Source of the DNA: Candidatus Saccharimonadota bacterium
GTDB taxonomy: Bacteria; Patescibacteriota; Saccharimonadia; Saccharimonadales; JAICHO01
Assembly (NCBI GenBank): GCA_025924835.1
Contig: JAICHO010000002.1
Coordinates: forward strand, 604 to 64,603
Direction: 5' to 3'
DNA: 64,000 nt
The translations under genes were made by a program, and so were the position numbers. Within the stretch, counting starts at the first letter, position 1, and each line of letters begins with the position of its first letter. This document shows positions 38,041 to 45,770 of this stretch, in pieces. The notes under the pieces are model-generated. The model saw only the letters and a list, made by a program, of their open reading frames with translations, did no database searches and had not been told where the DNA came from.

Positions 38041-38526
38041 ATGGAGCCGAGTTTAATACATTCTTTAATTGGTAATCTGGGACTGAGCCCGGATTTTTCT
38101 AATAAATTTGAGGGCTCGCCCGGTTCCAAAACAAAGCAAAAGAATAATGTCAAGCAAGGTGTTCAGATTGTAGTCAATGTCAATGGCGTCGCCGCCGAGA
38201 AGCGTAAAGAAACTACAAACAGCAAAGTCGGTACGTATAAGGAGGGCTACCATGCGGTTTTCCTTGATAACAACCAGGTCTATTTTGGTAAGTTAAAGCG
38301 TTTTGCGGACAATGCCCAATTCGTCTCATTAAAGGATGTTTATTACTTGCGTGACATTAGCGACGAGGCCGTGCTGAACTTTGATTTGGTCAAACTTGGC
38401 AGCGAAATTCATTCGCCAGAGGATGAGATGCATATAAACGTTAGTAAAATTTTGTTTTGGGAAAAACTGAAAGACAGTGGCCCAATCGTAACCGCTATCC
38501 TTAATTTTGAAGATGGTATAGTATAA
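38041..38526 (+). CDS. Hypothetical protein (start uncertain)
   Basis: 161-aa ORF. The C-terminal ~90 aa (YHAVFLDNNQVYFGKLKRF...) looks globular. No motif recognised. Confidence 0.4.
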   Translation: MEPSLIHSLIGNLGLSPDFSNKFEGSPGSKTKQKNNVKQGVQIVVNVNGVAAEKRKETTNSKVGTYKEGYHAVFLDNNQVYFGKLKRFADNAQFVSLKDVYYLRDISDEAVLNFDLVKLGSEIHSPEDEMHINVSKILFWEKLKDSGPIVTAILNFEDGIV

Positions 38527-38550
38527 AACTCAATCCGGGCAACGAGACTA

Positions 38551-39249
38551 ATGGCTACAAATACCGAATCATCTCCAGAGACCACACGACGCGAGCATGG
38601 CTTACTGCTCCGTAGAGCTTTAAAGCTGGGCACTGCAGCTTTGAGCGCCTTACTACTGTTTGGCGTGGTCGAAGCTACTCACGCCCCGACGCGGGCAAAG
38701 CGTTCGTATCATGCTGTCACCAGATGGGCAGGTACCGGTTATGATTCACTGAATGATTTATTAAACAGCTTATCCTATGAGCCCGCTCACTACGATAATC
38801 CCACCGAACAAGCTATATATGAGGAGATTGGACAAGGCAGGGCTAAACAGAAGCAGCTGCCTGTTATAGAGGGCGTGCTAGCGGTTTCCAATAACGACAT
38901 GAGGGCACAAGCTGATCAACTGCCGTCATTTGCCATACAAAATCCAGTGCTCGTGAGCATCAAAAATGGCGATCAAACCGATCAATATTTGGTAGCGCAT
39001 AATGGCCGAACAGCCGATACGCCTAAAGATCTGTTATATATCCCTCTTGCGGACGCACAATTTTGTAGCACAGTGGATGCCGTACCACGGGTCGTTAATA
39101 GAATGTTGGGTAGTAATCGACAAACCAACGGATTTGAAGCTACGGATGTCGGCACTGTCGTTTATGTGCCCGCGGATATCGCGGCTGGCTGCCAACGTGA
39201 GGTTGCCGTGTCAGAAATCAACCAGCAGACGCTCCAGCCTGCCGCGTAG
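38551..39249 (+). CDS. Hypothetical membrane-anchored/exported protein
   Basis: 232 aa with an N-terminal basic region plus a hydrophobic helix (LGTAALSALLLFGVVEA). The remainder is unrecognised. Confidence 0.45.
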   Translation: MATNTESSPETTRREHGLLLRRALKLGTAALSALLLFGVVEATHAPTRAKRSYHAVTRWAGTGYDSLNDLLNSLSYEPAHYDNPTEQAIYEEIGQGRAKQKQLPVIEGVLAVSNNDMRAQADQLPSFAIQNPVLVSIKNGDQTDQYLVAHNGRTADTPKDLLYIPLADAQFCSTVDAVPRVVNRMLGSNRQTNGFEATDVGTVVYVPADIAAGCQREVAVSEINQQTLQPAA

Positions 39250-39272
39250 GTATCAATAACTGTAAAATAGAT

Positions 39273-39301
39273 TTGCAGAACATTGACTAGTGTGGTATAA
39301 T
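39273..39301 (+). promoter_or_regulatory. Promoter TTGCAG-17-TGgTATAAT (extended -10) of the his leader
   Basis: TTGCAG at 39273-39278, a 17-nt spacer, TG at 39293-39294 and TATAAT at 39296-39301. The hexamer ends 7 nt before ATG 39309. Confidence 0.6.
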
Positions 39302-39308
39302 GTAATTT

Positions 39309-39365
39309 ATGTTTATAGCAACTAACCAGCATCATCTGCATATATTGCCGGAGTCTCTCCGTTAG
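39309..39365 (+). CDS. Candidate his leader peptide MFIATNQHHLHILPESLR (18 codons)
   Basis: ATG TTT ATA GCA ACT AAC CAG CAT CAT CTG CAT ATA TTG CCG GAG TCT CTC CGT TAG. Three His codons fall in a 4-codon run. The ORF lies between a strong promoter and an intrinsic terminator directly upstream of a hisG-like gene. Confidence 0.5.
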   Translation: MFIATNQHHLHILPESLR

Positions 39366-39387
39366 TTTGCTACTGTTTTAAATTGCT

Positions 39388-39419
39388 AACGCCGGAGCTG
39401 CTCTCCGGCGTTTTTTGTT
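39388..39419 (+). terminator. Intrinsic terminator (attenuator) in the his leader
   Basis: AACGCCGGAG-ctgct-CTCCGGCGTT is a perfect 10-bp stem with a 5-nt loop, running into TTTTTTGTT. It lies 30 nt upstream of ATG 39449. Confidence 0.8.
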
Positions 39420-39448
39420 ATTTTCAACTATTTAAATAAGGAAATGTA

Positions 39449-40417
39449 ATGATAAATGTAATTGAGGCCGCTCAGGCGGCCGAACGAATAGTAGTACCTA
39501 AGGGTGATGATAATAAAGGATGTATACAGGCATTTCAAGAAGTAACCGATATTGAAGTACCTATTTTTAGTGATCGTGCATATAAAGCCGTGTCTCAAGG
39601 TAGGGAATTCTTTTTGGTTAAAGGCAAAGACATACCTCGCATTGTTTCATCGGACCGCTTTAGTGTTGATGTTGGCTTAACCGGCTATGATTCTTATCTA
39701 GAATTTGCCGGTGTCTCAGCAGTAAACCTAGCATATCAAAAGGTTGGTCGTCCAATGTGCGAGTTTGCATTATTGGCGCCAACAGACGAAGCGGAGCGCA
39801 CGGTTTGGCTTTTAGACAATAGCATGAGTCCGCTACAGGTAGAAACCAGCTTCCCGCGTCTATTAAGCGGCTTAGCTGCCACCAGTGACTTAAACATAAC
39901 GGTCTTGAATGATGGGCTATCTGGCAGCATGGAAATTATGCCGGAGTTAAGTGGCATACGACTAGTGGCGGATTTGGTAACGAAAGGAGACACAGCAAGA
40001 GCTAACGGTGTAACACCGATTCGGAAACTTATCGATGTCTATCCAGTTTTGGTTGTGAAAGATGGTAGCCAGCCCGAGACTGACAGCCCTAGGACTTATC
40101 AGGGCATTGACGCAATTGACCAGACACTGACAGCTCGTTATCGGGCAATAGACGACCCGTCACAATCTTCATACACCATCAGGCAAATGCGTGATCCTAA
40201 TAAACGGCGGAAAAAGGTGACCGAAGAAGCAGGTGAGGTAATCATCGCATCATGCATCGGCACTACCGAGGAGCTGGTTAGCGAACTTGCAGATAGTGTA
40301 TTGGCCGGCATAATAGACTTAAAAGTTAAATCTGAAGGCCGGTTGGGACTGGGAGCAGTAATTGACGAGCTGATAGCGCGCAATGTCCGAATGACTTCCA
40401 GTGGGAGAAATCGCTAG
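39449..40417 (+). CDS. hisG: ATP phosphoribosyltransferase (short-form HisG-like) fused to a HisE-like phosphoribosyl-ATP pyrophosphatase domain
   Basis: The N-terminal ~215 aa resemble HisG (KGKDIPRIVSSDRFSVDVGLTGYD; GSMEIMPELSGIRLVADLVTKGDTARANG). The C-terminal ~95 aa resemble HisE (SYTIRQM...KKVTEEAGEVIIAS...EELVSELADSV...GLGAVIDELIARN). Confidence 0.65.
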   Translation: MINVIEAAQAAERIVVPKGDDNKGCIQAFQEVTDIEVPIFSDRAYKAVSQGREFFLVKGKDIPRIVSSDRFSVDVGLTGYDSYLEFAGVSAVNLAYQKVGRPMCEFALLAPTDEAERTVWLLDNSMSPLQVETSFPRLLSGLAATSDLNITVLNDGLSGSMEIMPELSGIRLVADLVTKGDTARANGVTPIRKLIDVYPVLVVKDGSQPETDSPRTYQGIDAIDQTLTARYRAIDDPSQSSYTIRQMRDPNKRRKKVTEEAGEVIIASCIGTTEELVSELADSVLAGIIDLKVKSEGRLGLGAVIDELIARNVRMTSSGRNR

Positions 40418-41697
40418 TGCGTACCTATACTAATCCAGGCTCGGAACAGTGGGATGCCATATCATGTCGTCCTGTGCTGAGCACGCATGGGCTTGACCGG
40501 TTGATAGCCGCAATTTTTACAAAGGTCGAGAACGAGAACGACGAAGCGCTAATTGCGCTCACAAGAAAATTTGACGGCGTAAAGCTTAAGACGTTAGTAC
40601 TGTCTAAATACCGTGTCCGCAGACTTGCTGACCAAGTCCCCGCAAAATTAAGAAAGGCTATAGACGTGGCCTTTAACAACATTCAAGCTTTTCATGTAGC
40701 GCAAATACCGGACCTAGAAAAAGAGACTGTCCGGATTGCATCAGGCGTATTGTGTTGGCGCGAAAATCGGCCAATTGAACGAGTCGGGCTGTATGTTCCT
40801 GGTGGCAACGCCCCACTTGTTTCTACGGTTTTAATGTTAGGTGTACCAGCGCAGATTGCCGGATGCAATGAATTGGTCATTTGTACCCCGCCTCAAAAAA
40901 ATGGAAATGTTACGCCTGCGATATGCTACGCTGCACTCAAAGTAGGCGCTACTAAGTTAATTACGCTCGGCGGCGCCCAAGCCATTGCGGCTATGTCGGT
41001 TGGAACAAAGACTGTACCTAAAGTAGATAAAATCTTTGGGCCTGGCAACCAATATGTAACTGCAGCAAAGCACTACGCGGTTAAATATGGCGTGGCTACT
41101 GATATGCCGGCCGGTCCTTCTGAGGTGCTAGTCCTGGCAGATAAGACAGCTAGCCCTCAGTTTGTGGCCGCTGACTTGTTGAGTCAGGCTGAACATGGGG
41201 CAGATAGCCAAGTGGTCTTGGTGTCTACTGACGAAGAAGTACTGAAATTAGTAAAGCAAGAGCTAACGATGCAACTAAAAACCATGCCTCGTTCTGCCAT
41301 AGCAAAGGCGGCTTTAGCTCATTCATTCGCTGTATATTTTGATGACATGCCTACTGCGCTTCGGTTTGTTAATACTTATGCGCCCGAGCACCTCATACTG
41401 AATATTAAAAACCCAAATGGTGCAATTGCCGCTGTTAAAAATGCGGGATCAGTATTTTTGGGCAATTATTCCCCAGAAAGCGCTGGTGATTACGCGTCAG
41501 GTACTAACCACACACTGCCAACTAATGGTTGGTCCAAAAGTTACGGCGGCGTTTCATTAGACAGTTTTGTCAAAAAGATAACGTTTCAATCACTGTCTAG
41601 GAGCGGTCTTAAAAGCCTAGCACCGACCATTGTGGAATTAGCTGAGTCGGAAGGCTTAAGCGCACATGCTGAAGCGGTGCGTATTCGACTTAAGTAA
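40417..41697 (+). CDS. hisD: Histidinol dehydrogenase
   Basis: 426 aa with LLSQAEHGADSQ, GPSEVLV, YAPEHL and GDYASGTNHTLPT motifs. The GTG start overlaps the upstream TAG by 1 nt. Confidence 0.9.
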   Translation: MRTYTNPGSEQWDAISCRPVLSTHGLDRLIAAIFTKVENENDEALIALTRKFDGVKLKTLVLSKYRVRRLADQVPAKLRKAIDVAFNNIQAFHVAQIPDLEKETVRIASGVLCWRENRPIERVGLYVPGGNAPLVSTVLMLGVPAQIAGCNELVICTPPQKNGNVTPAICYAALKVGATKLITLGGAQAIAAMSVGTKTVPKVDKIFGPGNQYVTAAKHYAVKYGVATDMPAGPSEVLVLADKTASPQFVAADLLSQAEHGADSQVVLVSTDEEVLKLVKQELTMQLKTMPRSAIAKAALAHSFAVYFDDMPTALRFVNTYAPEHLILNIKNPNGAIAAVKNAGSVFLGNYSPESAGDYASGTNHTLPTNGWSKSYGGVSLDSFVKKITFQSLSRSGLKSLAPTIVELAESEGLSAHAEAVRIRLK

Positions 41698-41722
41698 AAG
41701 TAAGCTATAATCGGAGTAAATC

Positions 41723-43030
41723 ATGGCACTATCAACCCAACCATATAAAGGCGCTCGGGATTTCTACCCGGCAGATAAGCGCATGCAAAAATATTTGTTT
41801 AGCGTCATGCGTCGTGTCTGCGAAAGTTATGGCTACGAAGAATACGACACACCTATTTTGGAGCCGACCGAGCTGTTTGCCAGCAAGACAAGTGACGAAA
41901 TAGTAAATGAACAAACCTATACGTTTACAGATCGGGGCGGACGCAGTGTTACGGTACGTACAGAAATGACACCATCAGTATCGCGCATGGTGGCGGCCAA
42001 ACGCCAGGAGCTGGCATATCCGCTCAGGCTCTACGCTATCCCGAACCTATGGCGCTATGAGCGTCCGCAGCGCGGCCGCTTACGTGAATTCTGGCAGCTT
42101 AATGCTGACATATTTGGTGTAGCCGGTTTGGCGGCCGAGCAAGAGCTCATACAACTACTTGATGACATTATGCAGGCATATGGCGCTAAGCGAGATATGT
42201 ACACCATCAAGCTAAGTAGCCGTAAACTAATCAATGCTTTCTTAGGTGAAGTTCTGGGCATGGACGAGACACAGATAACAACTATGATCCGCCTGATTGA
42301 CCGGATGCATAAAATGGAACATCCGGAATTTATTGGCCAAGCTGATGCAATATTTAGTCCTACGCAGCGTGAGACAGGTGCGAGCGAGCAATTATTCGCC
42401 TTACTTAATACCTCATCACTAGATAGTTTACCAGCTACTATCGCCAACCATGAGACATCAATTAGCATGAAACGAATAATAGAAAAACTTGAAAAAGCAA
42501 AGATTACAAACGTCGTTTACGACCCCACAATCATGAGGGGGTTTGATTATTATACCGACATTGTATTTGAAGTTTACGATACGGACCCCGAGAATAATCG
42601 TGCCATGTTCGGCGGCGGCCGCTATGATAGTTTAGTGAGTCTTTTTGGCGTAGACGCAGTGCCGACCATTGGTTTCGGTATGGGCGACGTCACGCTACTT
42701 AACTTTTTAGAGACGCATAATCTACTGCCAAAGTTACGACCTGAAACTGATATTTATATTGTTACTATCGGTGAAGCGGATGAGGCGGCTAGCAAAGCTG
42801 CAGCTGACCTGCGTGAAATGGATATAAATGTGGCATTAGACATAACGGGCCGTCAGGCAGAAAAACAGATTAAGACAGCCGAAAAGAAGGGTGTCCATTA
42901 TGTTTTATTCGTTGGTGAAAAAGAAGCAGCCAGCCAGCAATTTGTCCTTAAAGATCTAGAATCTGGAACACAGGAAACACATGGCTTGGAGCGCATTGCC
43001 AGTATAGTCAAGGATTATCGCAGCGCGTGA
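41723..43030 (+). CDS. hisS: Histidine-tRNA ligase
   Basis: Class II motifs (RYERPQRGRLREFWQ, GGGRYD) and a C-terminal anticodon-binding domain. TATAAT at 41706-41711 and GGAG lie upstream. Confidence 0.9.
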   Translation: MALSTQPYKGARDFYPADKRMQKYLFSVMRRVCESYGYEEYDTPILEPTELFASKTSDEIVNEQTYTFTDRGGRSVTVRTEMTPSVSRMVAAKRQELAYPLRLYAIPNLWRYERPQRGRLREFWQLNADIFGVAGLAAEQELIQLLDDIMQAYGAKRDMYTIKLSSRKLINAFLGEVLGMDETQITTMIRLIDRMHKMEHPEFIGQADAIFSPTQRETGASEQLFALLNTSSLDSLPATIANHETSISMKRIIEKLEKAKITNVVYDPTIMRGFDYYTDIVFEVYDTDPENNRAMFGGGRYDSLVSLFGVDAVPTIGFGMGDVTLLNFLETHNLLPKLRPETDIYIVTIGEADEAASKAAADLREMDINVALDITGRQAEKQIKTAEKKGVHYVLFVGEKEAASQQFVLKDLESGTQETHGLERIASIVKDYRSA

Positions 43031-43467
43031 CTGCTACCAACCATGTTTTAACGGGAGCCTTAATTGGCCTTACGATTCATCAGCCCGTACTGGCGGTTAT
43101 GCTGGCCATAATCTCTCATTTCTTGTTAGACGCATTGCCTCATTATGGAGCTAAAAATTTAAAGGGTCATGGCTTTAAGCTGTTGCTAGGCGCAGACGCA
43201 TTACTAGCAAGCTTTATTCTGTTAGCTTTGGTTGTAGGCAGGCCAATGGGCTGGCAGCTAGCCGTAGGATGTGGCGTCGCGGCAGCTAGCCCTGACCTTA
43301 TGTGGTTACCTGGATGGTTACGCATGCTCCATGGGCGGTCACGCGGTCGATTCAATGCCATTATGAAGATGCACAAAGAAATCCAGTGGGCGGAAAAGGC
43401 CAAAAACTATCCATTTGAAATCATCTGGCTCGTAAGCGGGGTTATCTTGCTGGTAAAATTAGTCTAA
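43027..43467 (+). CDS. Small polytopic membrane protein, YdjM/DUF457-like (putative membrane-bound metal-dependent hydrolase)
   Basis: 146 aa with 4 predicted helices and an ISHFLLDALPH motif. The start overlaps the hisS stop. Confidence 0.5.
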   Translation: MTATNHVLTGALIGLTIHQPVLAVMLAIISHFLLDALPHYGAKNLKGHGFKLLLGADALLASFILLALVVGRPMGWQLAVGCGVAAASPDLMWLPGWLRMLHGRSRGRFNAIMKMHKEIQWAEKAKNYPFEIIWLVSGVILLVKLV

Positions 43468-43479
43468 ATCTGTTAAAGT
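43465..43479 (+). promoter_or_regulatory. Extended -10 promoter TGtTAAAGT for tig, within a 15-nt motif shared with the rpsL promoter
   Basis: TAAATCTGTTAAAGT at 43465-43479 is identical to 54219-54233. The hexamer ends 8 nt before ATG 43488. Confidence 0.5.
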
Positions 43480-43487
43480 AACACCTT

Positions 43488-44768
43488 ATGCAAGTCAAAG
43501 TGAATTATCCGGCAAAAACCCAGGCAGTCGTAACGGTTATTGCCACAGAGACAGAACTAAAAGCCATCAAAGACCATGTCCTGGGCCATTTCCAGGGCAG
43601 AGTAAAAGTTCCTGGCTTTAGAGAAGGTAAAGTCCCGGCCGCCGTATTAGAAAAGCATATTGACCAAACCGCTTTACAGGCTGACTTTCTAGAAGAAGCT
43701 TTGCAGCAATTGTATTCACAAGCCGTAAGGTCACAAGAGTTACGTCCGGTAGACAACCCTGACGTATCGGTAAAAAAGTTTGTGCCCTACGATGCCCTGG
43801 AATTTGAAGCCAAAGTCGCTGTCGTCAGCAATATAAAATTGCCTGATTACAAGCAAATAAAGATAGCCAAAAAACCACTCAGCATTACTGCCAAAGACGT
43901 TGAAGCGGTACTAAAATCCCTGCAAGAGCGTATGGCCGAAAAGCATGATGTTGACCGACCGGCCAAAAACGGTGATCAAGTCTGGATTGATTTTAAGGGC
44001 ACGGACGCGAGGGGTAAGCCCGTTAATGGCGCTGAAGGTAAAGATTATCCACTATTGCTGGGCAGCAAAAATTTTATACCTGGATTTGAAGATAATATTG
44101 TTGGCATGAAAGCCAATCAAGACAAAACATTTACACTAAAATTCCCGGCCGATTATGGCGTTAAGGCACTTGCCAATAAGAATGTTACCTTTGCGGTTAC
44201 GCTTACCAAGGTACAAGAAGTCGCTAACCCCAAGATTGATGATGAGTTCGCAGCCAAGGTAGGACCTTTTAAAACTGTCGCGGAGCTAAAGGCCGATATA
44301 AAAAAGCAATTAGGTATTGAGAAACAACAGGAAGCAGATCGGGCGTATGAATCCGAGATTATTGAAGCCATAAGTGCCAAAAGCACCATGGAGATCCCTG
44401 ATGTATTAATAGACAGCCAAATTGAACGCATGGAGACCGACGAACGGCAGAATCTGACATATCGTGGGCAGACCTGGGAGGAGCATCTGAAAGAAGAAGG
44501 TCTGACAGCTGAACAGCATAAACAACAAAAGCGTCCCGAGGCAGAAGCCCGTCTAAAAGCTAGCTTTGTTCTGGCCGAAATAGCCGAAGCCGAACAACTA
44601 CAGGTTATGCCGGAAGAGCTGGAAATCCGTCTGCAGGTTCTGAAGAGTCAATACAAAGATCCACAGATGCTCGCAGAGCTGGAAAAGCCCGAAAACAGAC
44701 GAGATATTGCCGGCCGCATCCTTACCGAAAAAACCCTGACCAGATTAACAGGCTACGCAAGCTCTTAG
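43488..44768 (+). CDS. tig: Trigger factor
   Basis: 426 aa with an N-terminal ribosome-binding region (GFREGKVP), an FKBP-type PPIase middle domain and a C-terminal arm domain. Confidence 0.9.
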   Translation: MQVKVNYPAKTQAVVTVIATETELKAIKDHVLGHFQGRVKVPGFREGKVPAAVLEKHIDQTALQADFLEEALQQLYSQAVRSQELRPVDNPDVSVKKFVPYDALEFEAKVAVVSNIKLPDYKQIKIAKKPLSITAKDVEAVLKSLQERMAEKHDVDRPAKNGDQVWIDFKGTDARGKPVNGAEGKDYPLLLGSKNFIPGFEDNIVGMKANQDKTFTLKFPADYGVKALANKNVTFAVTLTKVQEVANPKIDDEFAAKVGPFKTVAELKADIKKQLGIEKQQEADRAYESEIIEAISAKSTMEIPDVLIDSQIERMETDERQNLTYRGQTWEEHLKEEGLTAEQHKQQKRPEAEARLKASFVLAEIAEAEQLQVMPEELEIRLQVLKSQYKDPQMLAELEKPENRRDIAGRILTEKTLTRLTGYASS

Positions 44769-44810
44769 CGGACGAAACCCCTATTGACACTAGTAGTATA
44801 ATATATTGTA

Positions 44811-45020
44811 ATGATAAGAACTCTCATTGAAGCATATCGTGGGTCAACAGTACGTGAGTTATACCCTGTTGTGTTAATAGGCATGGCAGCCCTGGGTGGT
44901 GCTGTATCTGAAGCGGCGCATGGTAATTTTATAGGTACAGGAGTGTATCTTGGCATAGGTACTGTTGGTATGACAGGAGCGGGTGCCATTATAATAAACA
45001 AAAATAATAATCCAAATTAG
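44811..45020 (+). CDS. Small Gly-rich hydrophobic protein (hypothetical)
   Basis: 69 aa with glycine-zipper-like LIGMAALGGAV...GTGVYLGIGTVGMTGAGAII. TATAAT (44797-44802) lies 8 nt upstream. The stop codon lies inside the clpP CIRCE element. Confidence 0.4.
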   Translation: MIRTLIEAYRGSTVRELYPVVLIGMAALGGAVSEAAHGNFIGTGVYLGIGTVGMTGAGAIIINKNNNPN

Positions 45021-45043
45021 CACTCTTGACCTTTGAGTGCTAA
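45017..45043. promoter_or_regulatory. Consensus CIRCE inverted repeat (HrcA operator type) upstream of clpP
   Basis: TTAGCACTC-TTGACCTTT-GAGTGCTAA is an exact match to the CIRCE consensus arms. TTGACC sits in the spacer, with TACACT 17 nt downstream (45049-45054). Confidence 0.8.
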
Positions 45044-45080
45044 TTTATTACACTTGAAATACATTAAGAAAGGTTAAACC

Positions 45081-45674
45081 ATGAGCGTATTAATTCCGAC
45101 TGTTATAGAGAGTGAAGGCCGATATGAGCGAGCCTATGATATTTATTCAAGACTTCTGAAAGACCGCATTATCTTTTTAGGCGATCAGGTTGACCAGCAC
45201 ACAGCTAATATTATTGTGGCCCAACTGCTATTTTTGCAGTCAGAAGACGCTAAGAGAGACATATTTTTGTATATAAATAGCCCTGGCGGCAGTGTCTATG
45301 ACGCAATGGCTATCTATGACACTATGCAGTATGTAAAGAATGACATACAAACGGTAGGGATCGGCGTGCAGGCAAGTGCCGCGGCTTTTTTGCTCAGTTC
45401 CGGCGCCAAAGGCAAACGGTTTATGCTGCCACATTCGACGGTAATGATTCACCAGCCCTCATCGGGGACGCGCGGTAAAGTTACCGACCAGGAAATTGAT
45501 TTGCGCGAATCGTTGCGTGTTAAGAAGTTACTGGAAGAGATTATGGCCAAAAATACAGGGCAGAAAACCGCTCGTATTCATGATGATATGGAGCGCGATC
45601 GCTGGATGGATGCCAATGAGGCTCAAAAGTACGGTATTGTAGACAAAGTCATTACCGCACCCCCAAAAGCTTGA
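45081..45674 (+). CDS. clpP: ATP-dependent Clp protease proteolytic subunit
   Basis: 197 aa with YINSPGGSV, the catalytic-Ser region ([14 protein letters not shown]) and MIHQPS. Confidence 0.95.
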   Translation: MSVLIPTVIESEGRYERAYDIYSRLLKDRIIFLGDQVDQHTANIIVAQLLFLQSEDAKRDIFLYINSPGGSVYDAMAIYDTMQYVKNDIQTVGIGVQASAAAFLLSSGAKGKRFMLPHSTVMIHQPSSGTRGKVTDQEIDLRESLRVKKLLEEIMAKNTGQKTARIHDDMERDRWMDANEAQKYGIVDKVITAPPKA

Positions 45675-45770
45675 CGGAATTAAAACCACTTTGATACTTA
45701 ACATTTTTACAACAGGCTAATGCTACTATTCGCTCATGGCTATCTAATTGTCTGTTGGTAAAATCATCAC

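Noticed and set aside
39283-39288. TTGACT as the -35 box of the his leader promoter
   Set aside because: It lies only 7 nt upstream of TATAAT, whereas a functional -35 needs about 17 nt. TTGCAG at 39273-39278 with the extended TG is the better assignment. The TTGAC/ACTAGT similarity to 44784 is reported separately as an open question.
37015-39300. att-type direct repeat of the tRNA-Leu 3' end delimiting the AT-rich islet
   Set aside because: I could not find a second copy of GGTTCAAGTCCTTTCATCCGCACCA or a substantial part of it downstream. The islet is therefore reported only as a compositional and gene-content anomaly.
42055-42468. 137-aa antisense ORF inside hisS; similar cases at 16933-17364 inside the malic enzyme gene, 29086-29526 inside the PBP gene and 55514-55951 across the fusA start
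   Set aside because: Each overlaps a well-supported conserved gene on the other strand. No motifs or promoter/SD context, so these are treated as shadow ORFs.
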